From Firmicutes bacterium CAG:884 (GTDB lineage: Bacteria; Bacillota_I; Bacilli_A; RF39; UBA660): 64,000 bases of DNA. The stretch spans positions 22,450-86,449 of the forward strand of contig HF993347.1 in assembly GCA_000433875.1 (NCBI GenBank). The letters are read 5' to 3'. The first letter of the stretch is position 1, and every line of letters starts with the position of its first letter. Shown in pieces: positions 30,247 through 40,761 of this stretch. Both the position numbers and the translations under genes were made by a program. The notes beneath the pieces are model-generated. The model worked only from the letters and a program-made list of their open reading frames with translations. It ran no database searches and was not told the origin of the DNA.

Positions 30247-30821
30247 TAACTCATCACCGTCCCACCTTCAGTACGCATTCCTGCATTTAGGAAATTGTCA
30301 AGAAGTATTCTTAAATCATCATTTGTAGTTTGACTTGTATTCAAACCAGCAGATGCAAACTGATTAATTAAAGTTCTTAATCTTTTTTGTAAAACATCAT
30401 TATCTTTATCTCTAAATAGTAAATAGAATTCAGTATCTACAACACCATTAGCCATAAACATATTTGCTTTATTAATATCTTCCATAATCATTTTTTTAAT
30501 TCTTTGATCTGTTGATGAATTAAATGCAATTTGTAATTGTGACAAATATACATTAATATCAACAGGTCTTCCAGCTATAATTAGCCAGAATTCATAGTTT
30601 ATAACATTATAAACATTTTTTAAATTAGAAATGACAGCATCTTGTGAAGATGAATCCAAAATAAATATATTTTTTGGTTGTATTTTTAATCCTGTAACTT
30701 TTACATTATCGTCAAGTACAATCATTCCATTTGCAATACTTTTAATTGGAACAAAACTTTCTGTATATTTACTTTGTACCTTCGGTACCGGTTTCTTCGT
30801 TAGATCCTTTAAATTCTTCAC
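30246..30821 (-). CDS. VirB4-like N-terminal domain encoded as a separate ORF (split VirB4)
   Basis: 191 aa. Occupies the position and size of the VirB4/TcpF N-terminal membrane-associated domain. 1-nt overlap (TAATG, different frame) with the ATPase ORF. Confidence 0.5.
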   Translation of the reverse strand: MKNLKDLTKKPVPKVQSKYTESFVPIKSIANGMIVLDDNVKVTGLKIQPKNIFILDSSSQDAVISNLKNVYNVINYEFWLIIAGRPVDINVYLSQLQIAFNSSTDQRIKKMIMEDINKANMFMANGVVDTEFYLLFRDKDNDVLQKRLRTLINQFASAGLNTSQTTNDDLRILLDNFLNAGMRTEGGTVMS

Positions 30822-31113
30822 TGAAACACCATCCTCTCCATATAAATCTTTCTCTACTTGTAAAGAACCTATAAATTGATAAAATTACTGTTAACACATT
30901 ATGATAATGGGCAACAGGGAAAACAAGTATTATTGCAATTGCTCCAGGAGTAACAGCAATTACTGTTGGCCCTATATCAGATAAATTAAGTGTTAATAAT
31001 AATATCAAGGTAATTGATAGTCCAATTGCCAAAATAATTAAATCAAGGCCTCTAAATAGACCAAATATAAGCATTGATTTTTTGGAATTGGCTGGTATTA
31101 AAAATCCATTCAT
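30769..31113 (-). CDS. TcpE / Tn916-Orf17 / VirB3-like small membrane protein
   Basis: 114 aa, two TM helices (MLIFGLFRGLDLIILAIGLSITLILLL…). Lies immediately upstream of the VirB4-like gene, as VirB3-type proteins do. Confidence 0.45.
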   Translation of the reverse strand: MNGFLIPANSKKSMLIFGLFRGLDLIILAIGLSITLILLLTLNLSDIGPTVIAVTPGAIAIILVFPVAHYHNVLTVILSIYRFFTSRERFIWRGWCFSEEFKGSNEETGTEGTK

Positions 31114-31130
31114 ATATTATATCTCCCTTT

Positions 31131-33548
31131 TTATTTTCCGCCACCAGATCTGTGAGCTGCAGCAGCATTTTTTTCTTGCACATGACGTTTAGCTTCATCA
31201 GAATTAGAATATGTCTTACTAACATAGTCAGCACGGTCAGAATATGTTTTGGAATCACTAGCAACAAATGATTCAAGATAATCGGATGCCTTAGTATTAA
31301 TAGAAGCAAAAGTATGTCCACTTCCCATAACATTTGCATCACCAAATATCCTGATATTAGAATTAATATCTGAAACAATGTTCTCCGCAAGTTTAGCAGA
31401 TAATTCATCATGATAATTTCCAGAAGAATCTTTCTGTACCATCCACTCAGCAGCTGCTTGACCTTCAATGAATTTTTTCTTAATATTCAATCCACGCTCC
31501 CATTCTGATAAACGGTCAGCATACGCTCTTCTTTGATCGTTTGTCATACCAGAAACATCAGCAGATTTGGCAACGTTGTATGCAGTAAGTTCTGATTTAT
31601 AATCACCTATTGAATACCCTGTATTTTTGGTTTTTCTATATCTTCCAGTTGCAGCATCATATATTTGGAATGTTGCATCACCCGTTGTTGAATCTTTCGC
31701 AAATAATGCATCACCAGTTCCTTTGGAATTATAGAAATCTTTTATGCTTTTTGATGATGCAGAACTAAAAATTACGTCTGTTCCGTTTTTTTTCATCATT
31801 TCGGCACCCGCACGCGAATATAATGCATCAGTACTGCTCTTTATTCTAGAATTTGTATCAACAATTTGTTTATCTACATCTGCTCGAGTTAGAGCACCAG
31901 TTGCCATAGCCATTCGTGCACCCGCTCTTCCAATCAAGGTAGTACCAACATTCGTACCAGCGAGTCTACCACTACGAGCATAATTTTCTTTTACGTTACC
32001 AGTGATATCATGCATTGATTTAACACCCTTCTTAGCACCAGAAACACCTGAACGTAATGTACCACCGACACCGCCTGTAACCGCTCTTCCAAGAGCTTCA
32101 TTAAAACCAGCACCATTACGACGTGCACTACTATATGCCGCAACACCAGTTCCTAAGCCTGTTACTAAGCCAGCAGCTCCACCAACAGCCATACTTGCTA
32201 ATCTACTATCACCAATACGTTTAAGTGGATTTAAATTAAATTGGCCTTTAACATCAATACCAAATGCTTTACCAATTAAATCAGGAATTTGTTTAACAAA
32301 TAACAAAATACCTAATATCATAAATACTTGAAACCATACACTAGTATTTGTAGAACCAGCAACAGTATCTCCACTACCAAACAATTCATTAATTAGAAAA
32401 ACACCAAAATATACAGTTGCAACTCTAATAAAGAGATCAGTATAAGTTTTTAGTGATTCTTTAATCCACCAATTAAGTGGTTTTTTATCACTCTTTGTAT
32501 CACCAGGTTCAATATTTAATATAATTGGAATCGGTGCGATTATTTGCAAGAAACATAGTTTAACATTACGAATAGCAACATCAAAGCTAAAGCTTAAAAA
32601 TAGCAAAGCTAGAAAACCTCCAGCAATCGTTGAAACAATTGCAGTATAGTTAATTACATAAGAATTACCAACTATAGCTCTAATAATATGCGAACTTGAC
32701 AATAATCCAATATTTTGTCTTTGAGAAGCAATATAGAACATTGTACCTATTTCAACATCGCCAACACCTCGTACACTGCCAAGTGAATTATCGTTTCCAT
32801 TAAGTGCATTAACGCATTGAGCAATTTTATTACTTTCTATGATTATTGCATCGGTAGAAGATTTTCCACCTGGATCTACTGTAACTTCCTTATCACCAGA
32901 AGGAACAACATATTTTGTATAATATGTAAGCAAATTCGAACAAGGTGTTAAGGATTCTATTGCTGTATTAGGTCTAAAGAAAGCACTAAAAGTTAAAAAC
33001 CCAATAGATTGTCCATAAGAAGCAGCATTAAACGAATCATTATCATCATTTTTATTTGTTGTATTCATTCCCATAATAAGATTCCCAATAACGTTACTCT
33101 CCATAATATATGATTGTAAAGCAAATGCTCTATTAAATATCCAAGGAACTGACACAATTAAAGCTAGTGATATAGCAAGATTAGAAATCAACTTGCTTGT
33201 TCCCTTCTCCATTCCTTCTGGATTGATTATATATTTAACAAAAGAAAATGCTAATCTAAACAACATAAATATTCCAAGTAAAGTATATAATCTTTGCGAA
33301 GCACTTGCTAAATTTAAACTACTAAGTAACGAACTAGAAGAAAGTTCATAAAATATGCTATAAGCAAAAGCAGCAATAGAATAAACTTGGGTATCAATCC
33401 AAATAAGAAGTGATCTTAAAAGTCCATATAGTGTCTCATTAATATCATCAACCAAAAGACTACCAAGAGTATATGCCGCAACACCAACAGCACCTAGAAT
33501 TAATAATGCCGAAAAGCCTAAACCTTTATTATTAAATTTTTTTCTCAT
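31131..33548 (-). CDS. VirB6/TcpH/TrbL-like polytopic membrane protein with Gly/Ala-rich C-terminal domain
   Basis: 805 aa. At least 8 TM helices in the N-terminal ~470 aa. The hydrophilic C-terminal half is rich in G/A/S/T. Size and topology as for TcpH/Tn916 Orf15. Confidence 0.55.
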   Translation of the reverse strand: MRKKFNNKGLGFSALLILGAVGVAAYTLGSLLVDDINETLYGLLRSLLIWIDTQVYSIAAFAYSIFYELSSSSLLSSLNLASASQRLYTLLGIFMLFRLAFSFVKYIINPEGMEKGTSKLISNLAISLALIVSVPWIFNRAFALQSYIMESNVIGNLIMGMNTTNKNDDNDSFNAASYGQSIGFLTFSAFFRPNTAIESLTPCSNLLTYYTKYVVPSGDKEVTVDPGGKSSTDAIIIESNKIAQCVNALNGNDNSLGSVRGVGDVEIGTMFYIASQRQNIGLLSSSHIIRAIVGNSYVINYTAIVSTIAGGFLALLFLSFSFDVAIRNVKLCFLQIIAPIPIILNIEPGDTKSDKKPLNWWIKESLKTYTDLFIRVATVYFGVFLINELFGSGDTVAGSTNTSVWFQVFMILGILLFVKQIPDLIGKAFGIDVKGQFNLNPLKRIGDSRLASMAVGGAAGLVTGLGTGVAAYSSARRNGAGFNEALGRAVTGGVGGTLRSGVSGAKKGVKSMHDITGNVKENYARSGRLAGTNVGTTLIGRAGARMAMATGALTRADVDKQIVDTNSRIKSSTDALYSRAGAEMMKKNGTDVIFSSASSKSIKDFYNSKGTGDALFAKDSTTGDATFQIYDAATGRYRKTKNTGYSIGDYKSELTAYNVAKSADVSGMTNDQRRAYADRLSEWERGLNIKKKFIEGQAAAEWMVQKDSSGNYHDELSAKLAENIVSDINSNIRIFGDANVMGSGHTFASINTKASDYLESFVASDSKTYSDRADYVSKTYSNSDEAKRHVQEKNAAAAHRSGGGK

Positions 33549-33557
33549 AAATCCACC

Positions 33558-34265
33558 TTAACTTTCAAGACATTTTAATGCATCAACATTAACATATCTA
33601 TTTATCAAACTAATAACAATATTAACAATAGCAGGCGCTAATAAAACAACCACTAAAGCAATAATTCTTGTCTTTATATTTTTAAAAGCCTTCTTTTGAT
33701 CTAAGTCTTTTGAAATAACAACTTTGTATAAATCAATAACACAAAGAATAATAGTTAAACTAACACATCCTATTTGAACATACATCAAAAACTCATTCAT
33801 TACCTTAACAAAATCTTTGCTAATAAGATCACAATTATCAACAACAGTTAAATCTTTCCTATCCTTTATCTTATTTCCCGTAACAAACACATTTTTTTTA
33901 ATTTCTAATTCATTTTCTAATTTTAAACTAATCATTTTATTATCTTTTGCAAGATCTTCACCATATTTTATGGCATCATATAAATCTTCAGCATAGTTAG
34001 CGCAGTAATCATTAATTTCTACACCATCTTCGGTAGTTAATTCTTTAACAGTTCCATAACCACCACTCATTTTTTCTAAATCTCCTTGAGCATATTTTAT
34101 AATTGCAAGTCTCTCTGCAGAATTACACGCTCCAATAAACTTATCATAAGACTCATTAAGTTTAACAAATGCTTTGTTATATTGCTCAAGATAATTTTTT
34201 TTATCATCACCATAAACATTAAATATAAGTAAAAACGTAATTAAAAACAAAATAATTTTTTTCAT
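33558..34265 (-). CDS. Secreted protein of the 8-member paralog family with C-terminal VirB2/TrbC-like two-helix module (member 8, 235 aa)
   Basis: Signal peptide. Conserved C…ER.AI and DNCDLIS stalk. C-terminal VQIGCVSLTIILCVIDLYKVVISKDLDQKKAFKNIKTRIIALVVVLLAPAIVNIVISLINRY…C. Confidence 0.5.
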   Translation of the reverse strand: MKKIILFLITFLLIFNVYGDDKKNYLEQYNKAFVKLNESYDKFIGACNSAERLAIIKYAQGDLEKMSGGYGTVKELTTEDGVEINDYCANYAEDLYDAIKYGEDLAKDNKMISLKLENELEIKKNVFVTGNKIKDRKDLTVVDNCDLISKDFVKVMNEFLMYVQIGCVSLTIILCVIDLYKVVISKDLDQKKAFKNIKTRIIALVVVLLAPAIVNIVISLINRYVNVDALKCLES

Positions 34266-34412
34266 AATTCACCTATAGGAAATCTATCTTAATAAATTAT
34301 AACATAAAGTATTAAAAAAAACTAGATATTTTCTAAAATTTAAATCAAAATATTAAGCAAAAATATACGTTACCATAATACCACTTAAAAATCAATAAAA
34401 AAGAATAAAAAA

Positions 34413-35876
34413 TTATTCTTTTAAATCACTAATAACACATTTAGATGTATCAACTGGAAAATATTTATTAAGTAAATCTAAAAATATCATAACCAATGCT
34501 GGTAACAATAAAACAATTGCTAAATATATCAATCTTTTAGAAATCAATGAAGGCATTTTCTTTCTAGCACTATCATCACCAGCAATTACAGCCTTGTAAA
34601 TTTCAACAATAGATAAGAAAATAACAATAACAACTGCTCCAATACGTAAAGCATTTAATACTTCCTTTATAATATTCCTTAATCCGCTAGAAATAAGTTG
34701 ACATCCATCCTCAACAATCTTTACATTAGCATTTGCATTAGTAAGTAAACCATATCCGATTAGATACTTAGACTGAACATACATATATGATAATTTTGAA
34801 GTAATTTCATCATGATTTGAATAACTATAAAGAATACGATTTAAATTATTTATATTAGAATATAACTCATCCGCTGCTTCTCCGCATTCTGAAGAAAAAG
34901 AATTAAAAAGCATTTTTATTTCATTATCTAAGTATGATGATACATTACCTTTATCATAAAATGTTGCTGTAGTACCACTAGCATATGACTGAATAGCACG
35001 CATTTCGTTTTCGGTACAAACTTTTTTAAATTTTTCTATAGATTTATCTATTGTATTACCTTTTTCATTTAAACAAGACATAATATCCGAAAGCTTATTT
35101 TTTCCATCATTTAAAGGACATATATTTTGTGCATCCGCTACACCATCGACTTCACCAATTATAAAATCCTTTTCATACCTTGATAACATTTGTCTCAAAG
35201 TAACTCCATCAGGTAAACCAGATTTTGATTTCTTATAGTCTTTGCATACCTGTGTAATACCCGATGAAGAAATAATTCTGTTATTATAATAAACTGAACC
35301 ACTAGAATAATTAGGATTAAAATAAAAATAGCCAAGCAATGGAACATATTCAGGACGTTCTGCATAAGTACCATGATAATTTTTCATTCTATTTTCAGTT
35401 ATATAATTACATACGTCTTCAAATGTATATTTTCTTTCAGAACCAGTATAACTTTTGGCATTTATTAAATCATCATTGCAACCTTCACAATATAAAGTAT
35501 TTGAAAGTGCAAAGAACTCATTATAAACGTCAAAAGGCATTACTGTATATTTATTTAATCCAATGGAAACAAGCACAGGACATGCCCCGGTTTGGTTTGT
35601 CGACCCAAACGAGAAAAACTTAGCAAACAATTTATTTTCCGTTGCCCTTTCAACGGTTAAGCCCGATCCATCAGAACTGCCATTTGTATATACCAATTGT
35701 ATTGATTTTTTTCCACCACCAAACGAAAAAGCACTGATCCAATTTATTGAATTATAATTAACTTCATAATATAAAGTATAGTCATTACCATTTATATTAT
35801 ATTTACAAAAATCTGCTTTTACATTTAATATAAAAAGGCAACAAATAATAAATAAACAATTTAATAATTTTTTCAT
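34413..35876 (-). CDS. Paralog family member 7 (487 aa): variable ectodomain + conserved two-helix C-terminal module
   Basis: Signal peptide. C-terminal LRIGAVVIVIFLSIVEIYKAVIAGDDSARKKMPSLISKRLIYLAIVLLLPALVMIFLDLLNKY…C. Confidence 0.5.
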   Translation of the reverse strand: MKKLLNCLFIICCLFILNVKADFCKYNINGNDYTLYYEVNYNSINWISAFSFGGGKKSIQLVYTNGSSDGSGLTVERATENKLFAKFFSFGSTNQTGACPVLVSIGLNKYTVMPFDVYNEFFALSNTLYCEGCNDDLINAKSYTGSERKYTFEDVCNYITENRMKNYHGTYAERPEYVPLLGYFYFNPNYSSGSVYYNNRIISSSGITQVCKDYKKSKSGLPDGVTLRQMLSRYEKDFIIGEVDGVADAQNICPLNDGKNKLSDIMSCLNEKGNTIDKSIEKFKKVCTENEMRAIQSYASGTTATFYDKGNVSSYLDNEIKMLFNSFSSECGEAADELYSNINNLNRILYSYSNHDEITSKLSYMYVQSKYLIGYGLLTNANANVKIVEDGCQLISSGLRNIIKEVLNALRIGAVVIVIFLSIVEIYKAVIAGDDSARKKMPSLISKRLIYLAIVLLLPALVMIFLDLLNKYFPVDTSKCVISDLKE

Positions 35877-35877
35877 A

Positions 35878-36984
35878 CTAACCTCCAGTTATTGCCTTAA
35901 CACATTCACCATTTACCTTTACATAAGAACCAGCTCTATATTTATCAACTAAATCCAAAACAATATTCACAAGTACCGGTAACAATAAGGTAAGCACTAA
36001 AATAATCATACGCTTTACTGAATTAGAAATCCATTTTTTAGTTGCGGAATCATCTTTGGCAGTTAAACACTTCATTCCATCCAAATAAATAAAGAATATA
36101 ACTAAAATAATACAAATTAATCTAAAGGTATCAAAAAAACTATTTAGTATTTTTCTGATATCTTCACTTATAGCATCACAAGCATTATCATCAGTTTTAA
36201 TATCAATCCAAGGAGTACTTAAGGCCGAATATCCAGCATAATAACTATTATATAATGATAAATAATTTAAAGTATTAACGTTTCCACCACCATCAACATA
36301 ATCAGATAAAATGTGATTTAACGCAACAACAGAATTATATAAATCAGATGTTATCTTAGCACATTCATCACTCAATTTTATATTTTTATCATTATATGTA
36401 AATACATTATCCCCATAAAAAGTATTGATTGAATTAAAATCATTATGACTAAAATAATTATAAATTGCAGACCTTTCAATTGAAGTACAAGAACCTTTTG
36501 CATACGCTTCAATATTTACATTCATCTGTTTCCTTGTTTCATCAGAAACACCACTTGATGCTGTTAGTTCCTTTGTATCATAATGTGTATATTTAATTGA
36601 ATTAATTTTATCAGAATTAATTATACCATCAACTTGACCAATTATTTCATTATTTTCATTTCGCACAATTTCATCAGCAGCAATCAAAAGATTAAATTGT
36701 TCTCTATCTCTTGCAATAAAATAATGTTTATTATTATCGCCAAAAAAAGTAATTTGGCCAAGAGTTGGACACACTAATTCACTAGGACTTGCTATTCTAT
36801 TATGATAATAAGCATATTTCTCACCATCTACAACAAAATTAGTAATAACTCCTTCTCCGGCTGAAGATATATAATAACCAAAATTTATTGTTTTTTCACC
36901 AGATTTATATGAACATGATATAGCATCATTACTAGCATATATATTTGGAATAAATAAACATAAAATTAATAATAAGATTTTCAT
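35878..36984 (-). CDS. Paralog family member 6 (368 aa)
   Basis: Signal peptide. C-terminal FRLICIILVIFFIYLDGMKCLTAKDDSATKKWISNSVKRMIILVLTLLLPVLVNIVLDLVDKY…C. Confidence 0.5.
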   Translation of the reverse strand: MKILLLILCLFIPNIYASNDAISCSYKSGEKTINFGYYISSAGEGVITNFVVDGEKYAYYHNRIASPSELVCPTLGQITFFGDNNKHYFIARDREQFNLLIAADEIVRNENNEIIGQVDGIINSDKINSIKYTHYDTKELTASSGVSDETRKQMNVNIEAYAKGSCTSIERSAIYNYFSHNDFNSINTFYGDNVFTYNDKNIKLSDECAKITSDLYNSVVALNHILSDYVDGGGNVNTLNYLSLYNSYYAGYSALSTPWIDIKTDDNACDAISEDIRKILNSFFDTFRLICIILVIFFIYLDGMKCLTAKDDSATKKWISNSVKRMIILVLTLLLPVLVNIVLDLVDKYRAGSYVKVNGECVKAITGG

Positions 36985-36991
36985 TTCACAC

Positions 36992-38275
36992 CTACCTTAT
37001 TCCACATATAGGATCATCTACACCAATTGTATTTATAAACTTAAAGATAATTTCTATAAAAACTGGAGTTAATATAAGTAAGACAATAGCGATTATTCTT
37101 TTTGATAAAACTTTAAACTGTTTCTTACCATCAACATCTTTACTAACGATAATCTTAAAAACATCAACAACACCTAATAAAGTTCCCAAAATAATTCCTG
37201 CATATTTCATTACATTAAATGCATATTGGAAAATAGCAGTCGTTTTTTCATCAAAAATTCCGCAATGAACAACTTCTTTAGGTTCTTGTTGCATTGTTTC
37301 ACCTGTTAAAAAAGCAACACCCTTTTGATAAAAAGTTTCATAATATAAATATGCCATTGAATAACTGCGACTACCATTAGCAATTACAGTACCAGTTTTT
37401 CCCATATAGCTAGAACCCTTAATAACATTAATAAATAAATTACCATCTCCAAGTCCTTCACCATATAAAATATTATAACAAGAACTTGATAAAGTAACAT
37501 TTTCAAATATCTTATCAAGATCAAATAAAGATGCATCTCTAGCTATTCTTATTTTATTTAAATCTTCCTCAGTACATATCTTAACATCTTCAGCTTCTTC
37601 TAACAACTTTCTTAAAGCATCAGCATATCCAACGTATGAATTGGTTGGCATATCTTTAACATCCACGTCATCAAATATCCCAATATCATCATAAGACATA
37701 TCATCACTTGAATTATATTCCTGTTTAGTTTGCACTTGTACATCCGGCTCTTTACCATAATTAGAAGGTGCATAATATTTTTTTAAACTATCTATAAATT
37801 CTTTTTTTTGTTCATCACTTATATTTGTTTCATCACCAATATAATATAGAAAAGCAGCTTTTCCATCAACAGCATAAGCATTATTATATTTAATAAATTT
37901 AGGTAAATAATTCAACATGAAATCAGGATTTTCTATTTCATCTTTTGAAAATGAACTTCTATTTTCATTACAAACATATAATTTTGAATTCGCACAAAAT
38001 CCACCACCTATAGATATTATTCTATATGGTGCATCACCATTATAGGAAAAGTTTTCCTTATTGCTATTAGTCAAAACAATAGTATTATCATCCATTGTAT
38101 ATTTTGAATCACTGCTATCCGGTTGAGTTGGATCTTCAAAATATTTTACTGTAGCCGTATACGTTTCACCATCTATAACAACACGATAAGTATACTCTTT
38201 AAAATTATAATCTCTTGCAGCATAAACATTAAAACAAGTAAATAAAGCAATTATTAAAAATATAATTTTTTTCAA
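36992..38275 (-). CDS. Paralog family member 5 (427 aa)
   Basis: Signal peptide. C-terminal KYAGIILGTLLGVVDVFKIIVSKDVDGKKQFKVLSKRIIAIVLLILTPVFIEIIFKFIN…C. Confidence 0.5.
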   Translation of the reverse strand: MKKIIFLIIALFTCFNVYAARDYNFKEYTYRVVIDGETYTATVKYFEDPTQPDSSDSKYTMDDNTIVLTNSNKENFSYNGDAPYRIISIGGGFCANSKLYVCNENRSSFSKDEIENPDFMLNYLPKFIKYNNAYAVDGKAAFLYYIGDETNISDEQKKEFIDSLKKYYAPSNYGKEPDVQVQTKQEYNSSDDMSYDDIGIFDDVDVKDMPTNSYVGYADALRKLLEEAEDVKICTEEDLNKIRIARDASLFDLDKIFENVTLSSSCYNILYGEGLGDGNLFINVIKGSSYMGKTGTVIANGSRSYSMAYLYYETFYQKGVAFLTGETMQQEPKEVVHCGIFDEKTTAIFQYAFNVMKYAGIILGTLLGVVDVFKIIVSKDVDGKKQFKVLSKRIIAIVLLILTPVFIEIIFKFINTIGVDDPICGIR

Positions 38276-38279
38276 AATA

Positions 38280-39674
38280 TCACTTCCTTATAACATTAGG
38301 GCATTTTCCGTTATTGTTTTTTAAATATCTATCATTTATTAAATCAGTAACTATATTTACAAGCAATGGTATTAAAAACACAGCAACTAATGCAATAACT
38401 CTTTTAATTAAAACAGTCTTAAACTTAGAAACATCACTTTCCTTAGTAACAACCATTTTATATACATCTAAAATACATAAAAATATACACACACATATAC
38501 ATAATACTTTAAAAATATCAAATAGATCATTTATAAAACTCATAACATTAGAGCTTATTAATTCGCAAGGATCAGTATCAGTTTTATCAGTAATTGGGGT
38601 ATAACTTGTTAAAAGTGAAAGACCTTGTAAATATTCACTTTGTGCAGATAAACAAACAAGTTTATATCTTGCAGATTTCAAAGGTTTATCCTTATCATAT
38701 GGAATTGATTGATAATAAGTTTGAGTTTCAATCAATCTACTGATATATCCATTTTTCCCGAACACAAATTCAGAACACTTATCTTCCAAAACACTGCGAT
38801 CAAAATTATTTTCTAAATCATACAAACTTGCTACTCTTTGCATTGCATTTAAAGAATTAGAAGAACATATTCCTTTAACTTTTGTTCCATCAGCTTTAAC
38901 ATATCCTGTCAAAGCCTCTCTCATATCTTTTAATCCTTTATTGTAGCCTTCACAAGTTCCACCAGTAAAACTAATAGTATTACTTTTATTATCAATATCA
39001 TATGATTTAATGGTGGCAGATGTAAATGTAACGATAGCATCACTATCAATATTTAACTTTTCATAAAAATCAATGCTCTCATTTTCCCATAAATTATTTT
39101 TAATAATTGTTAGTTTACCACTCAAAAATTTTTCAATCATCTCACTAGAGTATTCATTTAAATTACCACTTTTGTCTTTAGTTTCTTCAAATCTATCAGG
39201 AAGAGTCATAAAACCAATCACTAAAGGTTCACCATTCTTATTGAACTTCAAAATTGGTCTATAATTTTCAGTATTATTAGAAAGTTTTTCATAATATTCG
39301 TTAGCATTACTATATTCATCAATAGCCAAATCTAATGATTGATTATAACTTGTAATTCCATACAACAGATATGACTTATCAGTTACTAATCCAGCTCTAG
39401 CCAAATAATAAGTAAGATTTAATATTTCTTCCGGCTTACCAACACCAGTTTGATCAGATGAATATTCTGTTATAGTAATTTTGTTAACTATATCATTTTC
39501 AAGTGAAACATTTATTATATAATCTTTTGAACCTTTATCTTTCCACGCAACTTTATATTTATATGTAAGTAATTTTCCCTCAGCAGCATAAATATTTAAA
39601 ACAAACAAAAAAGGAATAATAAATACAATTATTTTTTTTAAAAATTCTTTAACCACATTAATCATTCCTTTCAT
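38280..39674 (-). CDS. Paralog family member 4 (464 aa)
   Basis: Signal peptide. C-terminal FKVLCICVCIFLCILDVYKMVVTKESDVSKFKTVLIKRVIALVAVFLIPLLVNIVTDLIND…C. Confidence 0.5.
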   Translation of the reverse strand: MKGMINVVKEFLKKIIVFIIPFLFVLNIYAAEGKLLTYKYKVAWKDKGSKDYIINVSLENDIVNKITITEYSSDQTGVGKPEEILNLTYYLARAGLVTDKSYLLYGITSYNQSLDLAIDEYSNANEYYEKLSNNTENYRPILKFNKNGEPLVIGFMTLPDRFEETKDKSGNLNEYSSEMIEKFLSGKLTIIKNNLWENESIDFYEKLNIDSDAIVTFTSATIKSYDIDNKSNTISFTGGTCEGYNKGLKDMREALTGYVKADGTKVKGICSSNSLNAMQRVASLYDLENNFDRSVLEDKCSEFVFGKNGYISRLIETQTYYQSIPYDKDKPLKSARYKLVCLSAQSEYLQGLSLLTSYTPITDKTDTDPCELISSNVMSFINDLFDIFKVLCICVCIFLCILDVYKMVVTKESDVSKFKTVLIKRVIALVAVFLIPLLVNIVTDLINDRYLKNNNGKCPNVIRK

Positions 39675-39679
39675 AAAAT

Positions 39680-40183
39680 CTACCCAACTGACTCATTATT
39701 CTTAGTATTAGCGCCCGTCATAATACAGCAAATACCTTGTTCAGAACTGTCATAACCAAAAAATGTTTTTACACAACTTAAAATGTTTGCTTTACCACTT
39801 TTTCCAGGTAATAAGCTTACAACAAACTGAACCAAAAAGAATACAAAGAATACTGCTATACCATAAATAACCCTTTTAGCAAACATATTCCAGCCTTTTT
39901 TTATATCTTCTTCTTTTTGACCAGCAACTGCTTTTAATAAATCAATCATACCCATTATTATAAGTACAACTGGTACTCCTATTTTTAATAAGTTAAATGC
40001 ATCATTGATCATATCAGCAAGACCAGAAGGAATACCACATTTAGTTGGAATACCACCTTCTCTATTACATTGCTCAACTGTTAAATCACTTCTAGATCCT
40101 TCACCACAAACATCATCAGCATAAACAGGAGTTGAAACACATAAAACAAGCAATGTTAAAAAAATTATAAAACCTTTCTTCAT
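39680..40183 (-). CDS. Small VirB2/TrbC-like pilin candidate (member 3, 167 aa)
   Basis: Signal peptide (…STPVYA). Short Cys-containing N-terminal region. LLKIGVPVVLIIMGMIDLLKAVAGQKEEDIKKGWNMFAKRVIYGIAVFFVFFLVQFVVSLL then a Cys-containing tail. Confidence 0.5.
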   Translation of the reverse strand: MKKGFIIFLTLLVLCVSTPVYADDVCGEGSRSDLTVEQCNREGGIPTKCGIPSGLADMINDAFNLLKIGVPVVLIIMGMIDLLKAVAGQKEEDIKKGWNMFAKRVIYGIAVFFVFFLVQFVVSLLPGKSGKANILSCVKTFFGYDSSEQGICCIMTGANTKNNESVG

Positions 40184-40194
40184 ATAAAAGCCTC

Positions 40195-40677
40195 CTAACC
40201 AAGTATCTTTTCATCCAAATTATCACCATTTGGCTTTTTATTATTATTGTTATTTTTATTGTTGTTATTATTATTGTTATTATTATTGTCACTACTATCA
40301 CAAGCACCAACAAACTTACAAACACAATTCATTATTTCACTTTTACCTGTAGCGCCTTCTATTATACTAACAAGCATTTGAACAATAGCAACAATAAAAA
40401 ATACAATCCCACCTGTAATTAATCTACTAATTAAAATCTTTTGACCAGCCTTAATCTTATCATCTTTTTGACTTGCTACAGCTTTTCCCATATCAATCAT
40501 ACCAAGTACAATTAGTATAATAGGAACTCCAATTTTAATTAAATTAACAATTGTACTAACAATATTAATAAAAGGTTGTAAATACTCATTATTACATATT
40601 CCTGTTGTCATATCAGTAGCACTAACACTTCCAACTCCAAATAAACTAATAAATAATAAAAAATAAATTAATTTCAT
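40195..40677 (-). CDS. Small VirB2/TrbC-like pilin candidate (member 2, 160 aa) with poly-Asn C-terminal tail
   Basis: Signal peptide. LIKIGVPIILIVLGMIDMGKAVASQKDDKIKAGQKILISRLITGGIVFFIVAIVQMLVSII. C-terminal N10-K-N5 tract. Confidence 0.5.
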   Translation of the reverse strand: MKLIYFLLFISLFGVGSVSATDMTTGICNNEYLQPFINIVSTIVNLIKIGVPIILIVLGMIDMGKAVASQKDDKIKAGQKILISRLITGGIVFFIVAIVQMLVSIIEGATGKSEIMNCVCKFVGACDSSDNNNNNNNNNNKNNNNNKKPNGDNLDEKILG

Positions 40678-40761
40678 ACAAATACCTCAATTTTCTATAA
40701 CAATTATATCATTATAAAAATAAAACTGCAATAAGTACAATAAAAAAGGATGAAAATATTT

